This document shows positions 1 through 12,698 of a stretch of 64,000 nt of DNA, piece after piece (position 1 is the first letter of the stretch; every line of letters begins with the position of its first letter). The notes below the pieces were generated by a model, which worked only from the letters and a program-made list of their open reading frames with translations, was not told the origin of the DNA and searched no databases. Origin of the DNA: Gnetum montanum (lineage: Eukaryota; Plantae; Gnetophyta); NCBI GenBank assembly GCA_015680685.1, contig MNCI01001539.1, positions 580,387 through 644,386 of the forward strand, in the 5' to 3' direction. The position numbers and the translations under genes are program-made.

Positions 1-3000
1 ATCTATCCTTTTTCTATTGTTCTTGCTTTGCGAACTCCCTTTCTCTTTGTTCTTGTTCTTTGCGCTGCATCTCTTCCCTAATCTACTTATGCAGATCATC
101 TTCCCTTGCACATCTGATGGTCGCCTTGTGTAGGTCTCTTCGGTGTTGATCTTCCTTGGCCACCTTGTTGCGGCATTGCTCCTCTTGCTCCACCAGCCCC
201 TTGTACCCTAGCTCATGTGCTTGCCACTTTTCCTTCCACTCAGCTCTTTCATCCGACTGAACCTTCATGACAACTTCTTTAGTTGTCCTAGCTAGATCAA
301 CATCAAATTTGGCATGGAGCTCTCAACGAATAGTTTTAGTTGGTAGTAGGGTTATCTCCTGTGTATTGGGTAGCAAAACAGTATTCGACTCATGCTTGTC
401 TCTAGAACCCTCCCCCTAGAATCACTAGCACATTTTGCACCAAAGATGAGGGTGCTTCCTTCATAACCCACATTCTCTCATAGACCACTGTGAATGACAC
501 CTATCCAATAGCGGGCATGTCAAGCAGCCACGTCACTTTCCAAAGAGTTAGGATAAGCCCTAGATGATGACCTCTACGCTGCTTGCATAGTGAGGCTAGA
601 AAGCACTTGGGAAGGTTAACTTTGCGGCCCAGCTGCAAACATTTCATGAAGTAAAGTGTGCTCCCTACAACTTCTAGACGTTGTTGGATTGCAGAAAGAA
701 ATGGTCAATTAGCTTAGTTGCATCTTGCCACAAATGTGGCAGAGTAGACTTGGGCACCTACTTGCTACTAGTTTTGGGCGAGCCCATCAAACAATCCCTC
801 TACATCTTGTAGTCCCCTCCCACTAGGCAGCATCCCCTCCCAATCCGTTGGAACCCCAAGATAGTTAGCCAAGGCATATTCAGTGAGGTTAATGTGAACC
901 CCTTGGAAAGTAGTGGAATCAGCCCTTCACTTTTTTGTAGAATGCATCATTTTCCTGTTTAGGATTTGTCACTAGTTGAGGCAGAAGATCTACCTAGCCA
1001 GCCCTTGAGACCATGCCCCAAAGCACCTGGTTGCCTTGATAGGCCTTGCATGTTAGCTCAAAATTAAGGTCCATACCCATTGTAGCAGTTGCCTCTTGCC
1101 ACAACTGAAATCCATGAGCAGCAACTTGCATGGGAGGAGGGAGCAGCTCTAACCAAAAGATTAGTTCATTGCGAGCGTGCCACAAGCACCAAAGGACAGC
1201 GGTCGTAGGTGCATCCCCACCCAGTTGAACTGGTAGTGGGAGCACAACAGAGTGCTAGACATTAACTAAGAAAGGACATTGGTAAATAAAGTGACACAAT
1301 GATTTGACCTCTGACCCACAAAGGGGATAGGTGTCATTGATATTAATACTGCACATCTTTAGCAAAACATGCACCATTAGTGTTCCTTGGGACACAAGCT
1401 AAAGGAAAGACTTTATTTTTTCTGTCAGTGGCTTGCCCAAATTGCCTTCCATCACATGATAGTTGGGTATTTATTTTTAATGATGTCTCATGGCTACATG
1501 CCCTACATTTCCCATTGCAACATCGCATGCATATGCCTGTAGATATCATGCCAAACATGTGAGTCCTAAGTACCCACGATCCATATTTGGTACTTGTTCT
1601 ATAGAATAAGAATCCATTGAGCTGAATAATCATTCTGTTGCATTAGCTTGTTAGTGAGGTGTTGGTACCCCATCATGATGGCATCATTGAATTTCAGAAC
1701 ACCTAGACTCCCTACCGACTTCGGTCTAGCCACCATCTCCTAGCAAACAAGATGCATGCACTCATGTGCTCATCCCCTTTACCATTGGACTATATAAAAT
1801 TACACACTAGTTGGTCCACTTCGTAAATGATTTCTTTTTGGGGGTAGCAACAAATGCAGCAAATTAGGCGATGGTAGACAACACAAAAGTTGCAAGGACA
1901 ATTTTTCCTTTTCTAGTCAAGAAGCACATGGTCCAGTGCCCAATCCTCTGTTAGATTTTTTGGATTAACTTAAGCCATGACATCTTCTTGTTCCAGGCAT
2001 ACATTGACATACTCAAATAGGAGTCCTGCATTGTTCCATGAAGATTACGAAGTTCTTGGCAGACCTGACCCTTGATTCTATTATTCGTGTTAAAGAAGTG
2101 TATCTTGGACTTCCCTTTGTTGAGTTCTAGCCCCACCTCTTTCGCCATCTTGCATAACGTCCTATTCATGGCCTGGGCTTGAGGAATTGCAGCATGAGCG
2201 ACCATGATAGTATCATTCGCATAATGTTTTGCAAGACACTTCACCCTCACAATCTCCAACCCCCTCACCCCTTCATTTTATAGTATAGATCCATCGTGTC
2301 CATAGCTATAATAAATAGGTATGGAGAGAAGGGGTCCCCTGTCAGCCCTCTAGTAGGGGAGGAAAACCCCCAAAGTCTTCTATTAATATCAAAAGAATAC
2401 GCACTTGTAGCTTGTAAGTTAATGCATAAGTTCACAAACTTTTGGTGATCTCCCTTTCTTAGCATTATTTCTCTAAGAGCGTTCCAGTGGCCTGTATTGT
2501 GTGCTTTAGTGATATCAAGTTTGATACACATACCTAGGAACTTAGTTTCCTGGATGGAGTGCATAATATCCTGTAATAGGATGATCTAATCTTGAATAAA
2601 TCTTTCTTTTATAAATCTAGCTTGTTGGGCACCTACCAAAGTTGGCATTAGTGGTTGCATCCTTTTGACCAAAATTTTTGTGAAGATTCACAAAAGGGTG
2701 TTGCAAACCCTAATATGCCTAAAATGGGACAACTTGGTAGGATTCATGGTCTTTGAAATGAGCACAATTCTAGAGAGTTTAACTCACGCTGAATCTATTG
2801 TCATTTAAGTATAAGGCTAAAGGCATCTAAAATGTTCCTTCCCAGTATGTTAGCATATTCTCTGAAAAATTCGATGGGTGACACATTGGGCCTTGGAGCC
2901 TTAGTAGATTTTAGCGACACCATGGCCCACTCCAGTTCTTGCTAGGTGATGGATGCAAGAAGCCTTTGATTCTCCTCCTCCCCAACCACCTATTGGATTA

Positions 3001-5500
3001 GGGCTGACATAGGGGGGCTTTCTCTCCTACTTTAGCTGTCAGTCCATTGGTTGTGCATTGCTTAGGCAATGTCATTGGTATCATGGATGATGGTGCCCTC
3101 ATGTATCAGGTGATGGATTCTCTTAGATTCATTGTTGGCTTTTGTTTTAGCAAAGAAAAATGGGGTGTACCTATTGCCATCCTTCAGCCCAAGAACTCTT
3201 GAACATTGCCTCCAATACTAGTCCTCTTTAGTCAACAACTCCTGGAGCTCAGTTAACAATTGTTGTTCTGCTTCTTCCAATGACTCACCCATCTCTTGTT
3301 TGGCCTGGATTTTTGACAATTTCTCCTTTAGCTCCATTTGGATTGATCGAAAGGAATATTTCTTGGTAATTTTTCTAGAGCAAATCTCTATCTTGAGCTT
3401 GGTGATGCCATGCTTCAGAAAATCCCGAGGATCCATTTGAGATAGGTAGTCAACCTAGATGCTATTGACCATAGGCCACATCCAGTGTTTAGACAGCTAA
3501 GACCTCTCAAAACGAAAATGAGTGGATGTATGTTGGGTTAGTTTCCACACATGGCACACCAGAGAGTGGTGATTAGAAGCTTGCTGCTCCCACCCATGAA
3601 CTTGAACCTTGTAGCTCACCAGAATGTTAGTGCTAACCCAGACCCTATCAACCCTTGACATGACCTGGTTATGCCCTTGCCTCCTATTGCTCTGTGTGAA
3701 AAGCATCCCTTGATGTCCATGTTAACTAGGTCATGATATTGGAGGAAATGTAGGAAGTATTGACTTCTTGGTGGAGATTCGGTACCCTCTCCAGTTTTCT
3801 CCCAAGTGTGGAGTCTTTGATTGAAATCTTGAATCAGAATCCATCATCTCCTGTCTGGAATATGTTGTGTGATCCTTGTTAGCTCATGTAGCCATTCCCC
3901 CTAGTCCTGCGGTCCATAGAAGTTGGTAAGCCAAAACCAAATCAAATGGTAGATGCAATAGAGTTGCAAGTTTGCCTACCCTACCCTTACAAGCCACAAA
4001 GTGGGCCTGCTAATTGGTCCAATGTGGTATGTGACATTCTCTATGTTGTAGTTTGGTTTTCTGCAAACACACCACATTGTAGTCTTCATCACACACAATT
4101 TCTTTTAGGGTACTTCTTTTATAGGGTGTACCTTGGCCTCTGCAATTCCAGGAAGGAATTCTCATGGTCTACTAGTAGATTGCTTTTTGTAAACCCCTTT
4201 TAGGATTGTTTGAGAACCTAAATCAATTTCCAGCCATGTCTTCGTGCTTTGAGATACTAGCCTTGGCAGCCACCCAACCTTCCTTGGCATGGACACCATA
4301 GGGAAACCCTGGTTGTTAGCCACAGCAGCCGTCACCGAAGCCTCCTCCATTCTATACATTGTCAAACCTCTTACTACCAAAACCTAGTCCCCCATTGGGG
4401 GAAGCTTCCCCCTCTTTTCATATGGAGTGCAACCTTTAGGGTTAGGAGGTGATCGTAGGCCCTTATCACCCACTTGACTCAAAGGTGGGGAAGATGGCCT
4501 TGACAACGGGACTACAGTAGCAGACATGGTTGCCCCCACCGGTCCACCAACATCCAATCCTCTGCAGTCCTCTACTTTGTTTAGTTTCTTTAGGGTGAAC
4601 CCTACATTCCTTAGACTTATGATTGCTTTTCCCACAAACGGAGTGGGAAGTAGCAGCCATATTCCTCCCTATTATGGGCTTATCTGTTGGCACGTTGTCA
4701 TATTCTACTTGAACTGTTCCTTCTCTAGGTGGTTGATCAAGGATAATCTCCCGTATCAGATCTTTGGTTGACAACGACCTCCAAACACAAAACCTTGCAT
4801 ATCGCATTCTTTCTTTGGATTCGGTAAACCTTTAGAAGGTAATGAACTCTTCGAAGAAGTCCCCAAGGGTTTTCAAAAACTTTGTTGTCTAAAGCTTCCA
4901 TGGCACGCTTGAGACACAGATCCAAACATGTGCCTGCAAGAAAAGATTTGGAGCCTTGTGCGCCCTTGGGTGTCAATGCGTGAGGGCCAGGCCCCTAGCT
5001 CTGAAGAACCATGGGCCTTCCAATAGCACCTTGTCTCGGTTGTTTGACAACTAGAACGCAAACAACAGTAGATCACTTGTCAAGGTTTGGATTTGCATGT
5101 CACTAATCCCGTAGGATGCTACAAACCACTTCTTAATCAATTCCATCCTAGGTTGCACGCCTGATGAAATGAACTGCCCCACTAGGCTTAACTCTAGAGT
5201 GCGTAGCCCCTTAGTCGGTGCTCTTTGGACTTGCAACCTCATGGTCCTTTCACTACGGGAACAAGTGTCTATCCCCTCATCATTGGGGTACTAGCTTGCT
5301 AGTCCATCCTTGCGGCCACCAGATCCTATGGCTCCACCTGCCGTCCTTGGCCCCCTATCACCCTTTGGAGGCCATGCAGCCCTACCCTATGAGTCCCTGT
5401 TCTCCCCCTCACCACTGTGCTGCTCTGCAGTCCTGCCTACCTCCGCAATGTCAGCTCCTAGACTCAGGTTTGCATCACCCGGGTGAAGATTAGCAGATTA
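1..5500 (-). mobile_element. Degenerate L1-type LINE (LINE-A): ORF1, ORF2 (endonuclease, RT, zf-RVT) plus C-terminal extension
   Basis: ORF1 fragments (PRMELIKKWF, RYARFCV, CGKSNHKSKEC knuckle); endonuclease (MSRVDRVWVS, SNHHSL); RT (IKLDITKA, RGLTGDPFSPYLF, HYANDT); post-zf motif LWCLWHARNELIF; many stops and frameshifts. Confidence 0.9.
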
Positions 5501-5504
5501 AGAG

Positions 5505-6683
5505 AGTTTATTTTTTGTTCTTTACTTTCTGCTCAGCATAGGTAGAAGATCCAGGGCCCTTTAGTTTACAGTTTTCAATTGGTATCAGAGCTAGGTAGCT
5601 CAAATTCTTGACAACAGATCTCTCCAGGATGGCCCAAAACAACGGGCCCAAAACAACGGATCCGTGTCTCTCCAAATTCCTGTATTCAATGGAGAAAATT
5701 ATGAATATTGGGCAATCAAGATGAGGACATTCATGATCTCACAAGATCTGTGGGATATTGTTGAAGGTGGCTTTCAAGATGCTGATCAAATTACATTCCA
5801 AGCCTTGACAGAAGATGAAAAAAATGAAGTCAAGAAGCTTCGGAAAAAGGATGCCAAAGCACTTTTCATCATTCAATCTGGGTTAGATCTGACAGTCTTT
5901 CCCAAAATAGTCATGCATCACACCAGCAAAGCTGCATGGGATGCACTGGAGATTGCATACAAGGGATCTTTGAAAGTTCGTGTTGTCAAGTTACAAGCCT
6001 TCAGGAAAGATTTTGAATCTCTGCAAATGCTAGATTCAGAAAATATCGAGCAATACATCAGCCGATTTCAACAAGTTCGAAATGGACTTGACTCCTGTGG
6101 AGAAACGCTTGAGGAAAGGCGTGCTGTTGAAAAGATCCTTCGAAGTGTGACCCGACGCTATGATCCCCTCGTCGTGGCTATTGAAGAAGCAAGAGATCTC
6201 GATAAGATGACCATGGTTGAGCTCGTAGGAAGCCTGAAGACATACGAGCAAAGAATTGCTGATCGTGAAGATACACCAGCCAATGCATTTCACACGCAAT
6301 TCCAGAGATCATCCAATCAACATCAACAATCCTCAAGTGGATCCTCCTTCAGAGGACGTGGACGCGGTCGCGGCAGATCTGGAGGTCGTGGTCGTGGACG
6401 ATCACCTCAATCAAATGATGGTAAGCATTGTGATTTCTGTGGTACCAACACCCACAATACTAATGAATGTTGGTCTAGGAAAAAGCATGAAAAGAAAGGC
6501 AAAGCAAAAATTGCCGAAGATGAAGGTCACCAACAAGGTGAACAATTGTTTTATACCGAAGAGGAGGAAAATCACCTCCTGCTCTCTACCAAGGCAACCG
6601 ATGCAAGCGACACCAACACGTGGTATGTGGATAGTGGGTGCAGCAATCACATGAGTGGAAACAAAACTCTCTTAATCTGCTAA
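5505..6683 (+). mobile_element. Truncated Ty1/copia: LTR end, PBS, gag and start of protease
   Basis: CA at 5576-77 then PBS TGGTATCAGAGC at 5580-5591; 339-aa ORF with FNGENYEYW, UBN2-like gag, CDFCGTNTHNTNEC knuckle, WYVDSGCSNHMSG. Confidence 0.92.
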
Positions 6684-6773
6684 TCTTCAATCTATGTATT
6701 ACTGAAAATGTGCTGCTACAAATATATAAAGTTGGATTCTTCCAACAACATTCTAGAATGTGACAATCATAGG

Positions 6774-6858
6774 AATGGATAAACATGAATATGGATAAGC
6801 TTGGATATGGATGGATATGGATAAGCTTGGATATGGATGGATATGGATAAGCATGGAC
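6774..6858. repeat. ATGGAT-based minisatellite
   Basis: Repeated atggataagcttggat / atggatggat blocks. Confidence 0.85.
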
Positions 6859-8027
6859 AACTCTGATCTCATCTTATTAGGAAGGGATAAACGGATGAGA
6901 TCAATCTCCTAAATTTGTGGAATGTCTACTCATCATTTTCCACACCGGGTTCCTACCCATTGTCACCCTTCAAAAATAGCTCCTTGCTGTTTCATTTTTG
7001 GCCAACTTTTAAAGCTACCGATAGATATGTTTTGCCAACTTCTTGATCTTTGGTTTCAACAAATTTTATAATCCCACTCAGCAGTATATATAGTAAAGCA
7101 AATGATGTTCATAACTACTGTAATGAAAGTTTATAAACTGTGATCATACTGTGCAATTTGTGATATTTTTGGCTTTGACTGGATTAGCAGAAAGCATATG
7201 CAGATTGTTTGTTTCAGTTTACATGGAAAACATGGAAAGGCACAATATGCATAATAGCATTTTGTAATTTTTCCAGATGCCACAAGCAAGGAAGAGCAAA
7301 ACATGACTGGTGTATATGGTTAAAACTTTTAAATGCTGGTCTATATGGTTAAAACTTTGAATGCTGGCTTGTTTGATCAAATTATAGCTGCTTAGTTTCC
7401 GTCAACGGTAACTGTATGGCATTTTATTATTGTTTTCTTTACAATGAGTTTACAGCAAGCAAGGAGTATAGGAACAACAAAACCACTGTATGATATTAAA
7501 AGAAAGTTATCTCTTGCTTGAAGTACTGAATTGGCATGTGTTACTCTAGATGATATAGACCCATTTGTATATTATTCGTTGCTTTTATCAAGTATTACTT
7601 AAACATTTGAATTTTCTATGAAAAAATTGGCATTCATCAAACAGTTTGTTATTTTCATTATCTCTTATACTCCAAAACACATTAATTTAACCAGTCAATG
7701 GGTGACAATGAATAAATTCATTTTTAATCTTGTAGAAGACATAATCCAAGCATTCTTTGTACGGTGAAAAATCAAATGCTGTATAACCATTGGCATAATC
7801 AAATAATCAAATTTCATTTTGAAGAAATGATTAGTCTTTAATCTCAGGTGGTCCTATGTAGATTTTTATAATCCCTGAATTTGGTTTGAATCACAACACC
7901 TTACGTGAAGTACTATGAGATTAACATTATTATTAAACTTACAATGCATGGGTTCTGATTTAGTAGTTTAATCAGCTTTAATTTGACTGCTGGGAAAATT
8001 TATAATGAAAATCAATTCTTATGCCAG

Positions 8028-8127
8028 GTATACCAAATACTCTAAATGTCATCTCAAATTTTCCTTTTCTGATTATTGGCACTATTGGACTTGTCTTTTG
8101 CTTTTTCGGCAATCGGTTTGGTCTAAG
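8028..8127 (+). CDS. SAG18: Exon of SAG18/alkaline phytoceramidase-like gene (first visible coding exon)
   Basis: AG acceptor 8026-27, GT donor 8128; translates (G)IPNTLNVISNFPFLIIGTIGLVFCFFGNRFGL, matching the GIPNALNVISNFPF motif of plant SAG18/aPHC proteins. Confidence 0.93.
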
Positions 8128-8223
8128 GTATTTCTGATCTCACCCTCACAAGGTTCTCTGTGCATTTTGTTTTCCATTTTTTAATGCTAATCAGTGAATT
8201 CTTAATGATTTATTTGCATCAAG

Positions 8224-8344
8224 TTCCCCAGCAGAAACATGGGGATGGGCATTCTTTTATGTAGGAGTTACAGCAACAGCCTTTGGATCTGCTTATTACC
8301 ATCTTCATCCAGATGATGCACGACTGGTTTGGGATCGACTTCCT
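8224..8344 (+). CDS. SAG18: Exon of SAG18/aPHC-like gene
   Basis: AG acceptor, GTAAGT donor, phase-compatible; SSPAETWGWAFFYVGVTATAFGSAYYHLHPDDARLVWDRLP contains the CREST SxxxH motif and the WDRLP aspartate. Confidence 0.95.
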
Positions 8345-8929
8345 GTAAGTACTGCCTTACTGTTGTCTCTAGTTTTTAATCTGTGCCAGTTAAAAGTGAA
8401 TTGCAATTTGCAAGTGATAGTCTTTTTAGTCTTGTTGCAGCTAGTAGAGGGCCAACTAACCAATGTTATCTGTTAGTTCTTTTTCAATATATCACACAAA
8501 TGACACGCTCTCTCTTTTTTTTAATCAAATGTACATCCCTGGTTGTATAGTGACTAGGTTATCAAAAAGATAATTCCATTTATAGAAAAACAAACCAAAC
8601 ACAATATAAACTATTTTCCATGTTTCTCTTCTAGAGATATAAATAAACAGCATTGTTCCAATTATAATTCCTCCACAATCTAAAATTTCATTCTTGTTAT
8701 GCTACAAACTGAAAAAGCTATGGGAGTGCTATCCACACCTAATTTTGCTGTTCTTTATAGTGATGCTGTTGCCAAGCCAACAAAAAATCATTAAGAGAAT
8801 TAGCTGCAGATTGTAACCTATGAGCATTACGTGTATGCCTATTCCGAATTTTCTGAATAAATGAGCAAGTTATAAAAAGATGATTAGCATTTTCTGTTGT
8901 TGAAGAATATAAGACACAACCTAGATTTT

Positions 8930-10378
8930 TTATAATGTTCTTCTATGCAAAATTGATTTGCGCATAGTTTTCCATGAAGCATCTTATTAGCAAAGAGACA
9001 AATGTGAGGAGTGAAAATAGGATTCTGAATGTCTACTGGATATTGCACTCTTTCCACGGGGCATAAAAGTGGTATAAGCAGTCTTTGTGAAGTATTTTGA
9101 TTTGTCACACTATTTCCACTGCTGATTGTACCAAGAAACATGCTAACAAAACCAAGGTCTTATAGATTGAAGCCCTCTCCAAATTCAAGACGGATTAGTA
9201 ATAGTAAGAGCCTTAATAAAGTCAATTTTCTTTCTCTTTAATATATAAAAGAGCATTTTATAAAAATTAACTGTTTTGGAGTACAACAATGGGTTTCCAG
9301 GGATGTTATATCAATTTAGGAATATGGTACACAAAATATTAAAATTATTGCATTTATGGTACCAACCCATTCTTATCAATTTACAACTTTTTAATTTTGG
9401 TAGCTTCAAAGGCTTGGGCAGTTGATTTCGATTTGATAAATGAGGCATTGAAATTAAGAGGAGAAGACTTATTCTTTTGTGCAAAATAACTAGTGGGTAG
9501 GTTTCTTCTATGCAAACTATTCCATAATGTTCTTTTGTGCAAAATATTGGCTAGTGGGTAGTTTTCCACGAAGCATCTTATTAGCAAAGAAACAAATGTG
9601 AGTCGTAAAAATGAAATTTTGGATGTCCACTGGATATTGCACTCTTTCCTGATCTATTACCATTTCCATTGCTGATTGTGCAAAGAAACATGCAAACAAA
9701 ACCAAATGTCTTATAGATTGAAACCCTCTACAAATTCTGGAGGGAGTAATAATAGTAGGAGCATTAACAAAGTAATTTTTTTAACATGTAAAAGAACATT
9801 TTATGAAGATTAAATGTTTTGGAGTACGACAATTAATTTCTAGGGATATTAGATTTAAGAATATGGTAGAGAAAATATTAAAATTATCGCATTTAGGGTA
9901 CCAACCCATTCTTGTCAGTTTACAACATTTCAATTTGGCTTCAACTTGGCTAGCTTAAAAGACTTGGTAATTGAATTCCATTTGATAAGTTAGACATTGA
10001 AATTAAGAGAAGAAGACTTATTCTTTTATGTCAAATATTGACTAGTGGGTAGTTTTCTTCTATGCAAAATATTCCATAATATTATTTTGTGCAAAATATT
10101 GACCAGTGGGATTTTTTCTTTTGTGTAAAATATTTCATAATGTTCTTCTGTGTAAAATATTGACCAGTGGGTAGCTTTCCATGAAGTATCCTATCAGCAA
10201 AGAGACAAATGTGAGGAGCAAGAATGAGATTTTGGATGTTCACTAGATATTGCACTCTTTCTATGGGACGTAAAAATGGTATAGGCATTCTTTGTGGAGT
10301 ATTTTGATCTATAACACCATTTTCACTACCAATTGTGCAAAATTACATGCTAACAAAACCAATGTTTTATAGACTGAA
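8930..10378 (-). repeat. About 600-bp tandem repeat (about 2.5 copies) derived from a LINE ORF2 3' region
   Basis: ccatgaagcatcttattagcaaagagacaaatgtgag-like block recurs near 8970, 9565 and 10180; minus strand gives PHICLFADRILHGKLPT (zf-RVT-like). Confidence 0.7.
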
Positions 10379-11760
10379 TGTCATGTCCCTATTCCCGAAT
10401 GGTGCTGTTACATAATGAAGATGGTATCCCCTCATAACTAATGATGTGATTATTGTAATAAGACCTCAAAGGGCAAATTGTAATTAAGAGTCAAAAGGGT
10501 GCGTTGTAATAACATGCATGTCTCTCAAGGTAATGTTTGGGGGTTTGACCTAAGGTATTTATACCCAACCATTAGAGGTCGTATAAGCATGGAGTTGTAG
10601 AGTTGATAAAGGTGAATAACAAGTGTTGTGTGAAGTGGGATAGGAAAAGGATTGACCATCCCTTCTGGTCGGTTGCAAGCCTAATCGTGGTGGTAGTGCA
10701 AGATAACCTCTAAGGGATGGATGCCTAAGGAAGATAACCACAAGGAATACTCAGATCATGACCCAGATACACTATTTCACATCAATAAAACATTCTTTTC
10801 TTTTTCCTTTTGCATTTTCATTGTTGTTTTCTTTACGCATAATGTTGAATGTTACACATTTGACATTTGCCATCTCATCTTCTTATGCATAATGTTTAAT
10901 ATAACGTATATTTGACTTTTGCCATGACATCGGGGAATGGGATGTCCCATTTTGTATCAGAGCAAATTGTGACACAAGGGCTAATCAGAACTAAGGGCCA
11001 ACTACAACTTAATGATGAACCATGGAGTTATGAACTAGGGAGAGTCATGGATCACCATTAGATGTGCCTTATATCCAAGATAATCCATGTAATCCATCTA
11101 AGCTAGAAGATACCTTTTCAGTGATTTTCATTGGCAAATGAGTTAGGACCACACATCTACAAGAGAACCATAACGTGTATCATGTCCAAGATAGATCCCA
11201 CTAACCAACAAGCTTCTTTCATGGATATCATCGACCAAAGGAGATTTCATTATGCCTCACCAAGATTCATCGATTGCAAGAGACATTGGTGAGACAAGAA
11301 TGCTATAAATGTTAATTAATTAAGGTCATTGTTAAGGTCCTCCCAGAAGGTTAGTAACTATGGCCTAAGTTGAGACTTATTGCCCCTAAACACCTAACCC
11401 TTGTAATTTAGAGTTATTCATTTTACCTAAGTCTTATGTATTGGTAAGTTTAATGAGGTGAACCTAACCATAAGATTATTTTATCTCTACCCAATTGATA
11501 AGGGTTATTTTCATGAGACTCATAGGGAAACCAATTCTTGGTGGTTAATATTGTGATGTCTTCCTTTGCTAACCCTACCCTTAGTACCTTGCTAGGGTAT
11601 AAACATGATCCAAGAGAATAGGCCTATATTATACTTGCCAAATAACAAGGTAAAAGTATTATTCTTGTCCAAGGATTGGTACATCATTTATAATCAAATC
11701 TAAGTAATCTCAAAGTCATTAGGTCGCCCATACGTCAGCCTAGTAATGTTAGTACAACAA
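10379..11760 (+). mobile_element. LTR (10379-10949), PBS and degenerate internal sequence of an LTR retrotransposon
   Basis: TG...CA ends with imperfect terminal inverted repeat (tgtcatgtccctattcccga / tcggggaatgggatgtccca), followed by ttgtatcagagc (tRNAi-Met PBS variant). Confidence 0.7.
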
Positions 11761-11985
11761 AATAGGCTATTTTGGTCCTCTCAATTTTAATGAGTGGGAG
11801 TTTCAAATTTTGAAGTACTATTTTGTTGAGCGGGAGTTTCATATTTTGAAGTACTATTTTGTTGGATGAGTGGGGTCCGCTCAAATTTTAATGAGCGGGA
11901 GTTTCAAATTTTTGAAGTTGGGACACTATTTATACATGTACCGGCATGCTCATTCCCTTGCCTTTGCAACTTCGGCTACTTGGTC

Positions 11986-12043
11986 GCATTGCCTAAACAC
12001 ACTAATGAGGGGTGAAAGTCCCCGAAAACATTTTGTATCACAA
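11986..12043 (+). ncRNA. Minimal type I hammerhead ribozyme motif, copy 1 (degenerate)
   Basis: ACACA-CTAATGA-GGGG TGAAAGT CCCC-GAAA-ACATT-T-TGTAT; core G5>A, stem III palindrome mutated. Confidence 0.75.
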
Positions 12044-12623
12044 NCTTTCTGTTTTTGGTTAGGTTTTAATCCTTTTGCAGGTTCTCCACGGGTTCTGATC
12101 ACGTTGCAGGATTATGCGGACCACAACATGTTTCTTCTTGATCCATGTTTTGACAACCGCCTTGCTTACGTTGGTCTTCTTGGTTGTGGTTTCTTTTGAA
12201 GCTGTTTTCTTCAGCTTCTTCACAGCCTCTAGCTGTTTCTTCTCCGGCGTCGTTGCAGCTCGTCACTCCGTTGCTGTTGAAGATCTTGTTCGTTGCTGTT
12301 TTTCAGCTGGACTTCTGCGTGCATGACATTCTCTGGTGTCGGACCCCTCATGTCCACCATTCAAACATGAGGGTTCCCCTAAACCCTTAGGACCCTTCGA
12401 CTCTTCCTTTAGATTCGATCTGTTGAATGTTTCATGTTTGCCTTTGAAATACTGCTTTGTAATAGTTTTGTCAGTACATTGTCCCACCCCCATCTCACCT
12501 TTGACGAGTGGGGTCCGCTCAAATTTTAATGAGCGGGAGTTTCAAATTTTTGAAGTTGGGATACTATTTATACATGTACTGGCATGCTCATTCCCTTGCC
12601 TTTGCAGCTTCGGCTGCCTGGCC

Positions 12624-12698
12624 GCATTGCCTAAACACATTGATGAGGGGTGAAAGTCCCCGAAAACGTTTTGTGTCATAATAGACGTTATGCAATGC
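12624..12698 (+). ncRNA. Minimal type I hammerhead ribozyme motif, copy 2 (C3>U)
   Basis: ACACA-TTGATGA-GGGG TGAAAGT CCCC-GAAA-ACGTT-T-TGTGT; stems I and II and palindromic stem III intact. Confidence 0.85.

Noticed and set aside
7308-7368. Short direct duplications (also 38783-38830 and 61368-61425)
   Set aside because: Ordinary slippage-type duplications with no sign of function.
6860-8027. First coding exon of the SAG18-like gene
   Set aside because: No match found to the expected IPQ..YH.FAD.R motif; the exon is presumably upstream of the window.
12043-12045. Shorter spacing (638 nt) between hammerhead copies 1 and 2 as a real deletion variant
   Set aside because: The missing 224 nt coincide with the N at 12044, so this is probably an assembly gap.
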